Of a stretch of 57,685 nt of DNA, positions 29,095-38,121 are shown in pieces; position 1 is the first letter of the stretch, and every line of letters begins with the position of its first letter. The notes beneath the pieces were generated by a model, which was not told the origin of the DNA, searched no databases, and was given only the letters and a program-made list of their open reading frames with translations. Source of the stretch: Bradymonadales bacterium (GTDB lineage: Bacteria > Bdellovibrionota > UBA2394); NCBI GenBank assembly GCA_007693605.1, contig REDG01000040.1, positions 1 through 57,685 of the forward strand, in the 5' to 3' direction. Both the position numbers and the translations under genes were made by a program.

Positions 29095-30299
29095 CGGCCA
29101 TTGACTTTGGCACGAGTAAAGTCGCCTGCCTTCTTTGCGAGATCAACCCTTCAGGTCTCGAGGTGATCGGTTTTGGAGAAAGTTTCTCTCAAGGCATTCG
29201 AAAGGGCGTTGTCGTCAATATTGAGTCGGCCGTTCAGTCTCTCGAAGAGGCCATGCAGGCGGCTCAACAGCTGTCAGATCGAGAAGCTCACTTTGTGGTG
29301 GCGGGAGTTTCGGGCAATCATTTGCAGAGCATTAGTTCTCAGGGGATGTTGGCGATTCGCGATCACGAGATCCGTCAGAGTGATGTTCACAAGTTGATTG
29401 AGGCGGCTTCGGCCATCAGTCTTCCGCTCGACCGAGAGCTTATTCAAATTCTTGTCAAAGACTTCGTGATTGATGGCCAAGAGGGAATCAGAGAGCCAGT
29501 CGGAATGTACGGCCGCCGACTCGAGGCCTCTGTTGACTTGATCACGGGTTCGATCACAAGCCTTCAGAATCTTCGTCGAGCCCTCGAAAAGGCGGGTTTT
29601 GTGGAATCCCGATTTCTGGCAGCCCCCTTGGCTTTGGGGCGGGCGGTTCTCACAGACGAAGAGAAGGAGGCCGGGGTTTGTGTGGTCGACATTGGCGCGG
29701 CCTCTACCGATCTCGCTGTCTATGAGGCCGGAGTTTTGAGATGGATGCGCTCTCTTTCAATCGGCGGAATGCATCTGACCAACGACTTGGCCGTAGGCTT
29801 AAAGATTCCTCTCAATCTTGCCGAGCAAGTGAAGCGGCTCTACGGCTGCCCCCGCTCAGACGCAGATGGGGAAGAGAGCTTTGAGCTGGGACTATCGGCT
29901 TCAGGCGAGACTCGCAGCGTTTCGAGACAAATGTTAAACACCATCTTGCAGCCTAGAATCGAAGAGATGATGCTTCTCATTCGTCGCGAACTCGCAAAAG
30001 AGGGTGTTGATGAAAGCTTGCCGACGGGAATTGTTTTGACCGGCGGGAGTTCTCAGTTGAAGGGCTTGTTGCCGATCGCGCAGCAGATTTTTCCTTTGAG
30101 TATCCGCTTTGGTCGACCCATCAAGCTTGGAGGTTTGAGCGAGATGATTTCGAACCCAAGCTACGCGGTTTTGGTGGGCTTGGTTCAACTTGGATTTGAA
30201 GAAAGTGAAGACTTAAACGCAGTAGCAAGTTACTATAAAAAACGAGGCTTACGAAAGGTCCACGCACAGGTGGCCAAGTGGGTCAGAGAATTTTTTTAA
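29070..30299 (+). CDS. ftsA: Cell division protein FtsA
   Basis: IDFGTSKV, GIRKGVVVNIE, DIGA and GIVLTGG motifs, with the C-terminal amphipathic KWVREFF. TTG start. Confidence 0.96.
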   Translation: MAKSFPTIAAIDFGTSKVACLLCEINPSGLEVIGFGESFSQGIRKGVVVNIESAVQSLEEAMQAAQQLSDREAHFVVAGVSGNHLQSISSQGMLAIRDHEIRQSDVHKLIEAASAISLPLDRELIQILVKDFVIDGQEGIREPVGMYGRRLEASVDLITGSITSLQNLRRALEKAGFVESRFLAAPLALGRAVLTDEEKEAGVCVVDIGAASTDLAVYEAGVLRWMRSLSIGGMHLTNDLAVGLKIPLNLAEQVKRLYGCPRSDADGEESFELGLSASGETRSVSRQMLNTILQPRIEEMMLLIRRELAKEGVDESLPTGIVLTGGSSQLKGLLPIAQQIFPLSIRFGRPIKLGGLSEMISNPSYAVLVGLVQLGFEESEDLNAVASYYKKRGLRKVHAQVAKWVREFF

Positions 30300-30308
30300 G
30301 GAGGGGGC

Positions 30309-31484
30309 ATGTCTAAAAAAGTTGATCTAGTAGAGTCTGTAGTTCGAGGAGCTCAAATCCGAGTGATCGGTGTGGGCGGAGGCGGAGGAAATGCCGTCAA
30401 CACCATGATTCGACGAGGCTTAAAGGGAGTGGAGTTCATTGTCGCAAACACCGACGCTCAAGCTCTTCAGAACAATCTCTCGGCTCAAAAAATTCAGCTG
30501 GGCGCCAGTTTGACGAAGGGATTGGGCGCAGGAGCCAATCCGGCGGTGGCGAGAGAGGCAGCCTTAGAGGACTCTCAAATCATTACCGAAGCTCTCGATG
30601 GAGCGGATATGGTATTTATCACTTGCGGTTTGGGCGGAGGAACCGGAACAGGCGCTGCTCCCGTGATTGCAGAAGTCGCTAAGAGCTTGGGTATTCTCAC
30701 GGTCGGTGTGGTGACCAAGCCATTTTCCTTCGAGGGAAAAAAGAGGCGTCGCCAAGCGGAAGAGGGTCTTCAGCAATTAAAAGACAAAGTGGATACTCTG
30801 ATTACGATTCCGAATCAAAGATTGTTAGACATTGCCAATGCGCAGCTTTCTATTCTGGATGCATTTGGAAAAGTAGATGAGGTGCTTTTGTCTGCGGTGA
30901 AGGGAATTTCTGATTTGATCAACATTCACGGAATGGTGAATGTGGACTTTGCCGATGTTCGAACCGTGATGAGTGAGATGGGCATGGCGCTAATGGGTAC
31001 AGGAGAGGCGCGTGGCGACAATCGTGCCGTCATCGCAGCTCAAAATGCGATTGCTTCTCCTCTTCTGGAAGATGTTTCAGTCGAGGGCGCGACAGGCATC
31101 CTGATCAATATCACCGGCACTTCGGCAATGACGCTCTACGAGGTCAATGCGGCGGCCACTCTTATTCAAGAAGCGGCTCACGAAGACGCGAATATTATCT
31201 TCGGTAGTGTTATTGATGACTCCATGGGAGACGCCCTTCGGGTCACTGTGATTGCCACTGGCTTTCAAAAGAGTGATGCTCCTCAGGTGGGCAATCCCCG
31301 ACCGGAATCTAGAGATGCGACGACTCAGGCGATTAACTTAGCCGTGATGGACGGTCCGCAAGAGAGTCTGGGTTCTTCGAGGCCATCGACCAGTCAACAA
31401 AGTCGGCCAAGACGAACGATGCCGATTTTTGATGAGGATCGCTACGAGGTTCCGACTTTTCTCCGGAAAGGTCCCGAGGCCTAG
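30309..31484 (+). CDS. ftsZ: Cell division protein FtsZ
   Basis: [24 protein letters not shown] and C-terminal [16 protein letters not shown]. Confidence 0.99.
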   Translation: MSKKVDLVESVVRGAQIRVIGVGGGGGNAVNTMIRRGLKGVEFIVANTDAQALQNNLSAQKIQLGASLTKGLGAGANPAVAREAALEDSQIITEALDGADMVFITCGLGGGTGTGAAPVIAEVAKSLGILTVGVVTKPFSFEGKKRRRQAEEGLQQLKDKVDTLITIPNQRLLDIANAQLSILDAFGKVDEVLLSAVKGISDLINIHGMVNVDFADVRTVMSEMGMALMGTGEARGDNRAVIAAQNAIASPLLEDVSVEGATGILINITGTSAMTLYEVNAAATLIQEAAHEDANIIFGSVIDDSMGDALRVTVIATGFQKSDAPQVGNPRPESRDATTQAINLAVMDGPQESLGSSRPSTSQQSRPRRTMPIFDEDRYEVPTFLRKGPEA

Positions 31485-32428
31485 TCAGTGGTCTGGAGTT
31501 GACAAAACTGAAGCAGCTCTTCTTTTGAGTCCTGTCCCATGACTTGAACAGGTAGTCGTTGTATGGGAGACGAGGGATAGAGTTTTCGAATGTGGGCGAC
31601 TAAGTCGGCCTCCCTTTTCTGCTTCAGAGAAAACTCTCGGTGTAGAGCTTCAGGAGCGGATTTCAGGTCAAGATCTTTAGCGCTTTTGTTGATTAGAAAC
31701 TCAGGCTTTGAGGTCTTTTGAAAAAAATCAAGTGCAGACTCTAAGACTCGAAATGAACTTTCTGGAGTCAGAACGAAAAGGTGAGAGCTTTCTTTTCGGG
31801 TGACAATGTTCTCCAGTTGATCGGCTGCAGTTTGAAAACGATCTAAGTGAAGACTAAGCCAGTCAATGAACTCTAAGCTCTGAGAAATGACCTTTTTGCC
31901 CGCAAAGATTCTAGCCACATCGAGCAGCTTCTTTACGGCCACACTCATCAGTCCGTCTCGCTTAGAGATTTGAACAATCGACTTTTTAAAAAACTCCGAC
32001 AAATTTAGCATGGCATGATGAATTCCGACGGCTTCGGAGAAAGGAGGGGTGTCAATGGTCACCATGGGATAATGAGAAGCTTGAATCTCTTCGGCCAATT
32101 CAATCAGGCAGAGATAGTCCTGAAATCTCTGTAAGCCCCTGACGAGTTGTTGAAAAAAGCTTTGAACGCTTTCAGAGGCAGGTGCCTTCTCGTTCAGCTT
32201 TTCGAAGAGTTCAATGGCATCAGTGGCTTTAAGATCAAAGTGTTGAGAACCGAGTTCACAATTTTGAAGCTGAGAGCCTGGTTCTTTTTCGAGCAGGTGA
32301 AACAGGCGACGGCTCGGATCAAGAGTCAGCAAAAGCCTTTGTGAGGCGGTTTGGCGAAAGACCTCGCGAATGGCGACATGGCTCTTTCCCACCCCTCCAG
32401 GGCCCCAAATGAATCGTGCTTGGCTCAA
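31481..32428 (-). CDS. ArsA/Get3-family ATPase, second subunit of a pair
   Basis: GPGGVGKS Walker A, TLDPSRRL and IDTPP. TTG start at 32428 inferred from a GGAGG RBS and TTGA overlap with the upstream stop. Confidence 0.75.
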   Translation of the reverse strand: MSQARFIWGPGGVGKSHVAIREVFRQTASQRLLLTLDPSRRLFHLLEKEPGSQLQNCELGSQHFDLKATDAIELFEKLNEKAPASESVQSFFQQLVRGLQRFQDYLCLIELAEEIQASHYPMVTIDTPPFSEAVGIHHAMLNLSEFFKKSIVQISKRDGLMSVAVKKLLDVARIFAGKKVISQSLEFIDWLSLHLDRFQTAADQLENIVTRKESSHLFVLTPESSFRVLESALDFFQKTSKPEFLINKSAKDLDLKSAPEALHREFSLKQKREADLVAHIRKLYPSSPIQRLPVQVMGQDSKEELLQFCQLQTTD

Positions 32429-33147
32429 GAGATCACCTCCGCTCCCTCGGTCAGAAGAATCTGAGGCGGCCATCGATCCATCTGAACCTTTTCGCGCTTG
32501 GGTCTTTGAATTCCAAAAGCCTCCCATTCGCTGCCCTGGGTCTCTTCTAGATAGGGGTGCTTTCGATTGAGTACTCGAAGTCTTTCGATCTGAGGGTATT
32601 CTTTTTTGAGATAGTCTTCGATCTCTAAAGCTTCTTCGATGGCCGAGTTCTCAGGAATGGCGACAATATAGACTCGTGCCGAGCCAGGCTGCTGAAGGTA
32701 TTCATGAACCTCTTGGGCGACCTCTCGAAGCTGGCCGGAGTCGAACATTTCCAGAGCCGTGCTCACGCTCCGAAGGATGGAGAGAAAATTCCCAGTTGAA
32801 GGGCAGTCGACAATCACAGGTCGAACTTGCGAACGCCTGACCCATGTATAGAGAAGAAGAAGCTCCTCTAGATTAGGTGCGACATGCACCACATTCTGAA
32901 GCAACTGACTTTGACTGGCCCAGCGAGCCAGGGTTTTGAGTTTAATGAGGCGGACGAGAAAGTCCTGAAGAAGCTCTGGTCGAGAGATTTGATAGAGCGA
33001 GTCGATCTTCATATCAAGCCGCCGCATCTCTTCTTCCAGTTCTGATCCGGTCTCAAGAATCTCAGCCAGTGGATTTTGTTTCTTCAGAAGACACGACAGC
33101 CTCGTTTTCCCCACACCCCCCTTGCCGGTCACAAAACGGAGGCTCAT
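32425..33147 (-). CDS. ArsA/Get3-family ATPase, first subunit of a pair (short)
   Basis: FVTGKGGVGKT, APNLEELL, VDCPSTGN and IPEN...EE motifs. ATG 33147 overlaps the upstream stop (ATGA). Confidence 0.78.
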   Translation of the reverse strand: MSLRFVTGKGGVGKTRLSCLLKKQNPLAEILETGSELEEEMRRLDMKIDSLYQISRPELLQDFLVRLIKLKTLARWASQSQLLQNVVHVAPNLEELLLLYTWVRRSQVRPVIVDCPSTGNFLSILRSVSTALEMFDSGQLREVAQEVHEYLQQPGSARVYIVAIPENSAIEEALEIEDYLKKEYPQIERLRVLNRKHPYLEETQGSEWEAFGIQRPKREKVQMDRWPPQILLTEGAEVIS

Positions 33148-33938
33148 GCTTGCTGAAGCTCCCGCATAATATTTTGCGTGCAAAGAGCGTGAAGGGCGGC
33201 GCCAAAATGACCGACATGGGGCAAGATGACCTGCTTGACCTCTCCCCAACACTCCGTGGGGTAGCAGAAAAAGTCATTCTCTCCCACAATCAGAAGATCT
33301 GGGTCTCGTCCTTCCTTCTGAAATCGTTGATAGGACTTCTTGGCCCGGGCCAGCGATAGAAAATTCAAACTCTTTGGCAGGAGTTTGGGGCTTGAAACGG
33401 CGATCCATTTGTCGCAATAGGCAGCCAGATCGGGTCGACTGAGAACCTGAGAGACCAAGGGTCGACTCGTTCCGAAACTCACGATTCGAAACCGACTCGC
33501 CTTTGTTCGTTCGATCACCGTCGCGATATAGGTCTGAAGTTGATCCTCAAGAAGTTCCGGATCGTTTAGAAAGCTCTTCCATCGAAAGAGCCACAGGCTA
33601 TTCCAAAAATTCTTTCGAAGTCGCCACATCAAGAATCGAAAGACGCCCGCACCAAGGTGAAGAGAGGGTACGAAAATGATCGGAAGCTGATGGCTCGTGA
33701 TGTCTCGATCTCTTAGGGGCGGGGCTTCATAAAAGTCTCGGTGGGGGCGTAGGTGGGCAGCCAAGAGACTCAAAAAAGCGCCCCATTCCACCGCCGCTAC
33801 CGCTAAGATTTCAGAAAAGCTTAGCTTTTTCTCCTCTTGATTCATGGCCCAGGCCCAAGAAAAGAGAAAAGCGAAGAGCAATAAAGCCAAGATGCCGAGC
33901 ATCAGACAGATAAAAACGAGCTCTAGAAACCAAATCAC
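33144..33938 (-). CDS. Membrane-anchored alpha/beta-hydrolase-like protein with a degenerate nucleophile motif
   Basis: Two N-terminal hydrophobic segments; PIIFVPSL strand; IVSFGTS where G-H-S-x-G is expected; C-terminal VGH. Confidence 0.55.
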   Translation of the reverse strand: MIWFLELVFICLMLGILALLLFAFLFSWAWAMNQEEKKLSFSEILAVAAVEWGAFLSLLAAHLRPHRDFYEAPPLRDRDITSHQLPIIFVPSLHLGAGVFRFLMWRLRKNFWNSLWLFRWKSFLNDPELLEDQLQTYIATVIERTKASRFRIVSFGTSRPLVSQVLSRPDLAAYCDKWIAVSSPKLLPKSLNFLSLARAKKSYQRFQKEGRDPDLLIVGENDFFCYPTECWGEVKQVILPHVGHFGAALHALCTQNIMRELQQA

Positions 33939-33944
33939 TTCATC

Positions 33945-33973
33945 AGAATAGGGGGTGAGGGTCCCTGAGCCAA
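33945..33973 (-). promoter_or_regulatory. Sigma70-type promoter predicting a leaderless mRNA
   Basis: Minus strand TTGGCT-N17-TATTCT-N6-GTG (33938); no SD sequence. Confidence 0.5.
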
Positions 33974-33995
33974 GAATTTTCCGTTAAACTATGGG

Positions 33996-35726
33996 TTGGG
34001 GTCATCTGAAGTGAATCAGGAAGCAGGGCAACAGTTTGGGGGTTCGACAAATGTAAAGAAGCAGATGTCCCTATTTGTTGCCGGTCTTGAAAAAGCGGTG
34101 TTGTCTCAAAGAGTTTACGCCAGTTCTTCAGGGGGAGACGACTCTCTTCAGACAGTCTTTCGCAATCTTTTCTCGCTTTTGCGGCCTTGTTTCGATGACG
34201 AGGATTCCATTTCACTTCAAATCAAACCCTCGCAGGTGCTTCGAAATCGAGAGGTGGTCTACGAGAATTCAGACCCTAAGAAGTCTATCTCTCGTGTTTT
34301 ATTTCAATCGGGTGTTCGTGCTCTCATTCTCGATCCTGAGCTTTCGTTGGAGGAACTGAAGGCTTTCATTCAAATCTTAGCGACCGATTTTGCTAAACCC
34401 GAGAATATGGATTCAGACTTAGCTTCGAAGCTATTTGAAAGGGACTTTGCCCATCTGCACTGTCCGAGCATCGACTGGATTTCTGAACGACTGAGGGAAG
34501 ACACCGAGCTTCGAGACAATATCGAGAAGTTTCACGCTGAGTTGGCCCGAACCGAGGCGGAACCGGATTTGAGTCCAAAGAGGTTTCGTCAGGCGGATCT
34601 TAAGACACTCGAGGAGTTTCGGCTAAACACCAAGCAGTTTACACAGACCGATGCGGATATGGTGAAGATCGTTCAGAGCCTGAGCGCGAAACAAAGAGAA
34701 GGCCAAGAAGAGAAGCAAACTCTAGAGCGACTGGCCCTGATGGGCTTTCACTTTTTGATTTCTGAAGAAAGCCCCGAGGAAAGGTCAACGGGTCGAGACC
34801 TACTGGTGAGAGTGGCCCTTATGACGCTAGAAGCTCAAGAGTGCCTCCTTTTTTGTGCCATGGTTCGAAAGGTCTCTCAGCTTCAGAAAGACCATCCCGA
34901 GAACCGAGGAGAGTTTCAGAAAATCATCGATCAAATTTTCTCACCCGACAATTATTTTCTTTTCAAACAGGCCTGCCGCGTGGAGTCGGTTCGAGAGAGT
35001 CTGAGCCAACTGCTCAACGAGTACGCCTCTAGCTCTGTGAAGTTGATGGTCTATCTTCTGGGTGAGTTGCCATCATTTCACTCTGATTTTGCTGAGGCCA
35101 TCTTAAGAGAATTGCCTGCGTATTCTAACTGGCTGATGGACGAGTTGAGGGCTGAGCCCAGTCGGTCTTGTTGGGAGTACCTCTTAAGAATTTTGGCTCG
35201 AAAGCCCAATCAGCATTTCTCTAAGTTCTTAAACGCATTGCTTGAGTCGGCTGGTGATACGGTTCGAATTGCCGTCTACCGGCAGTGCGCTCAGATTGGA
35301 ACGCCAGAGGCTCTCACGGCCTTTCGAGATCCACTCACTTCAGACAGTGAGGAGGATCGGGTCGCGGCCCTTCAGGCCCTCGCATCAGGAAAAACCGTGG
35401 AGGTTTTAAAGCTTCTAAAACTCTATCTGGGCAGTAAGTCCTTTCAAGCGGCAGAGGCCGCAGAGGTGCAGGAGGCTTATGCCGCCATTCTTTCGGTGGG
35501 CGGAGTCGCCTCGCATAGCTGGTTTGAACAAGAGTGGATGAGGTCCGGAGAAGGCCTCTTCAAGTCAAAGAAGCAGAATGAGCGAAGAAACAATCTCTTG
35601 GCGGCAGCCGTTCGGGTGCAGCCTCAAATGTTGAAGTCCTTTCTCGCTAAAATTGGGGACGAAAATCTGCCTGATGAAGCTCGAAAGAACATTGAGTCAG
35701 CAAAGGCAAAGGGCTTGCTGTCATGA
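33996..35726 (+). CDS. HEAT-repeat / alpha-solenoid protein
   Basis: C-terminal HEAT-like repeats (VRIAVYRQCAQIGTPEAL, EEDRVAALQALAS). ATGA-coupled to the downstream HD-GYP-like gene. Start codon uncertain. Confidence 0.7.
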   Translation: MGSSEVNQEAGQQFGGSTNVKKQMSLFVAGLEKAVLSQRVYASSSGGDDSLQTVFRNLFSLLRPCFDDEDSISLQIKPSQVLRNREVVYENSDPKKSISRVLFQSGVRALILDPELSLEELKAFIQILATDFAKPENMDSDLASKLFERDFAHLHCPSIDWISERLREDTELRDNIEKFHAELARTEAEPDLSPKRFRQADLKTLEEFRLNTKQFTQTDADMVKIVQSLSAKQREGQEEKQTLERLALMGFHFLISEESPEERSTGRDLLVRVALMTLEAQECLLFCAMVRKVSQLQKDHPENRGEFQKIIDQIFSPDNYFLFKQACRVESVRESLSQLLNEYASSSVKLMVYLLGELPSFHSDFAEAILRELPAYSNWLMDELRAEPSRSCWEYLLRILARKPNQHFSKFLNALLESAGDTVRIAVYRQCAQIGTPEALTAFRDPLTSDSEEDRVAALQALASGKTVEVLKLLKLYLGSKSFQAAEAAEVQEAYAAILSVGGVASHSWFEQEWMRSGEGLFKSKKQNERRNNLLAAAVRVQPQMLKSFLAKIGDENLPDEARKNIESAKAKGLLS

Positions 35727-37147
35727 AACAGAGTCTTCAACAGAGCCCATCAACAGACAGGGAGGAGACGGTCCGAGACTTTTTGAATGCCTGTTTTGGG
35801 TTGCTGAAAGCTTTGAGCGTTTATGGCCCAGAAAATGACAGTGTTTCTAGACCTCGTCAGCAGTTTGAGACGAGCCTGCAAAATCTGAGAGAGGCAAAGC
35901 CCGGGGGTGTTAGCCTAAAGTTTGAAAATGAGAGTTTAAGTGTGAATTCCCAGAAGGTGCGACCACACTTTTCGATCGTAGAGGCGATGAGACAAGTGCC
36001 CGAGGCGATGTTCAAGGGCAGTATTGAAGAGATCAATTTCTCTCCAAAGCTCAGTCTAGTGGATAGTCTGAAGTTCTTTCAGCAGTGGGCCCTCCATTGT
36101 TCGGTGGTTCAGAAGCCAAAGGAGTTGAAGTCTGAGTTTTCTGAAATTCAAGTTCGACATCGTGACCCTTCCAAGCTGGATGATCGTCTAAAGACTCTTG
36201 AAGTTCTTCGCTCAAACTCTCACGCGGTGAAGCACTACTTCGTTTTGATGAATTTAACTGCCGACTATTTCAGGTCGATCGCTAAGGGTCAGGTGCCAGC
36301 CCTTAACCACATTCGAAGAGAGCTGACTGAGATGATTGAAATCTCCAAAAATTTTCCTTATCAGCTTATGGCTCTTTCTTTGATTCGGGCTGAGAAAGGG
36401 GAGGACCAAGAATTGTTTCAGCAAAACGCTTGTGAAGCGATTTCGACTTCTCTTCTCATGATTCTTCTGACGAGAAGTTTTAACTTCAGCCTGCAAGATC
36501 AGCTCAATCTTAGCTTGATCGGGCTTCTTTATAATGTGGGTCTATTGAGTGAGGAGTTAAATCAACTGGTTCGTTCTGACGCCAATCTCACTCAAGTTGA
36601 GTATCGGAAAGTGGTAGACGCACAGTCGAAGGGTGTACTCAAGATTCTAAAAACCGAAGGAATGAGTCGGCCCGGATTGGTTCGTCTCTTGTCCTTGTTT
36701 GAGGCGGCTCAATCAAGTCAAAAGCCGTCGTTGACTCTAAGCTTAGAGGCTTATCTTCTTCGAGTGGTGTCTGCCTTCGTCGCCATGACAAGTAAACGAC
36801 CCTATCGAGATGCTTACCTTCCAGCCGAAGCTCTCAAGTTGTTGGGGCACCAGGCCAGCAGAAGACGCGATCATCATCAACTGGAATCGATTGTCTACTT
36901 CGCCTTTGTGAGACTGATGGGGCTCTACCCTTTGGGTAGTATGGTTCAGTTGAACAACCAAAAGAAGGGGATCGTTTATCGCCCTCATTCGGAGGTTCGC
37001 GATCGGCCGCTGATTCGAATCCTCAAAGATTCAAAAGATAGTGGTGAGATCATTGATTTGGGTCGAGTCAAAGACCTTGAGATCATGAAGGCTCTTGATC
37101 CTTCGAAAGAGGGGGTGCAAGTGACGGGTTATTTCTTGGGGGGCTGA
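35723..37147 (+). CDS. Degenerate HD-GYP-like protein
   Basis: GLLYNVG in place of LLHD(I/V)G; AMTSKRPYRDA and MGLYPLGSMVQL tail typical of the HD-GYP C-terminus; no GYP signature. Confidence 0.7.
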   Translation: MKQSLQQSPSTDREETVRDFLNACFGLLKALSVYGPENDSVSRPRQQFETSLQNLREAKPGGVSLKFENESLSVNSQKVRPHFSIVEAMRQVPEAMFKGSIEEINFSPKLSLVDSLKFFQQWALHCSVVQKPKELKSEFSEIQVRHRDPSKLDDRLKTLEVLRSNSHAVKHYFVLMNLTADYFRSIAKGQVPALNHIRRELTEMIEISKNFPYQLMALSLIRAEKGEDQELFQQNACEAISTSLLMILLTRSFNFSLQDQLNLSLIGLLYNVGLLSEELNQLVRSDANLTQVEYRKVVDAQSKGVLKILKTEGMSRPGLVRLLSLFEAAQSSQKPSLTLSLEAYLLRVVSAFVAMTSKRPYRDAYLPAEALKLLGHQASRRRDHHQLESIVYFAFVRLMGLYPLGSMVQLNNQKKGIVYRPHSEVRDRPLIRILKDSKDSGEIIDLGRVKDLEIMKALDPSKEGVQVTGYFLGG

Positions 37148-37638
37148 GCGGCAGCGTTCAGGCCTTGAATTCGAAGGGCTTCTTCGGCAGCTTGCTTTTC
37201 CTTAAAGCTGTGAATGGCTCTTTTCAAGTAGGCTCTGTGCACGCTAAGAGGTCTCGATTGTCCGCAGTCTATTTGAATGTGTTCACTCAAAGAGTCTTCG
37301 AGACTGCGACAAAGAACTTGGCTTTCGTCGTGGGCCAGGCTTGAAATATGCTTTTCTGCCAGGAACAAAACTTGATTTTCGCTAATGGGTTCGTGGGCCG
37401 AGATCTCTTTCGTTTGGAAAACTTGATTTGTGGGTCGGCTCAAGAGTCGTTGTTGAGAAAGGGAATAGACGCGAAGAATGGGTCCCGCTTCTTGAATGAC
37501 TCGCACTGAGGAGCATTGTCGAGCCAGCCCGAGATGATCGGTCGTTCGGCATTCGACCCAAGAGGCCTCTTCGGCAGAGAGCTCAACCAGCAGTAGGCTG
37601 AAGAACCCCAAAATCCCAAGTTGTAGAAAACGACGCAT
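37129..37638 (-). CDS. Small exported hypothetical protein with four Cys
   Basis: Signal peptide MRRFLQLGILGFFSLLLVELSA. ATG 37638 preferred over TTG 37644. Confidence 0.65.
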   Translation of the reverse strand: MRRFLQLGILGFFSLLLVELSAEEASWVECRTTDHLGLARQCSSVRVIQEAGPILRVYSLSQQRLLSRPTNQVFQTKEISAHEPISENQVLFLAEKHISSLAHDESQVLCRSLEDSLSEHIQIDCGQSRPLSVHRAYLKRAIHSFKEKQAAEEALRIQGLNAAAQPPKK

Positions 37639-37650
37639 GCCCAAAGGTAC

Positions 37651-37666
37651 TGCAATTCGGATGCCA
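37651..37666 (-). promoter_or_regulatory. Sigma54 -24/-12 promoter
   Basis: Minus strand TGGCAT-CCGAA-TTGCA, 12 bp before ATG 37638. Confidence 0.7.
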
Positions 37667-37809
37667 GCCTAAAACCCGCCAGAGAGCCCATAATCAGGCT
37701 TTGAGGGCGATATTGGGACAGAAATAGGGCATTTTCGGGCAAGTTCTCTTTGCATAGCCCGCAGTTTTTGCGAATCGGCAGATTCTGCTGATTTAGGTGG
37801 GTGGAATCG

Positions 37810-37826
37810 ATTACCGCAGCGGAAGT
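37810..37826. repeat. REP-like 17-bp palindrome, degenerate copy
   Basis: ATTACCG-CAG-CGGAAGT; 15/17 match to the copy at 38022. Confidence 0.75.
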
Positions 37827-37934
37827 GGATTTGGCTTTAGATTCGCTAGCAGCTCGGGTCTTCTTAAAAATGAAAGTTTAGACTCCCATGGTTTCAAGCT
37901 TGTTCACCTTTTCAACTGCCACTCCCTCATTCTT

Positions 37935-37987
37935 CCCCAAAAAATAAAAATGAGTTTTTAAGGGACTTATTTTTATTTTCTTTGGGG
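37935..37987. other. Long AT-rich inverted repeat (hairpin or cruciform)
   Basis: CCCCAAAAAATAAAAATGAGT...ACTTATTTTTATTTTCTTTGGGG. Confidence 0.75.
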
Positions 37988-38021
37988 TCGAGTTTTGCTT
38001 GCAAACAAGAGGTTGCGAATC

Positions 38022-38038
38022 ACTTCCGCAGCGGAAGT
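38022..38038. repeat. REP-like 17-bp palindrome, perfect copy
   Basis: ACTTCCGC-A-GCGGAAGT. Related copies at 24246, 26633, 37810 and 38263. Confidence 0.85.
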
Positions 38039-38121
38039 TGTTGTGGAAAATTGAGGTGTCGATCAAAGCTTGTTCTCTCAAAAAACAAAATAGGTTTTAA
38101 ACCAGGATTGGGGAAGAAGCC

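Noticed and set aside
31481..33147. Arsenic resistance operon
   Set aside because: No arsB, acr3, arsC or arsR, and the proteins are single-domain, divergent ArsA/Get3-like ATPases.
37737..37754. Possible plus-strand sigma54 box GGCAAG...TTGCA
   Set aside because: GG-to-GC spacing is 12-13 nt instead of the required 10.
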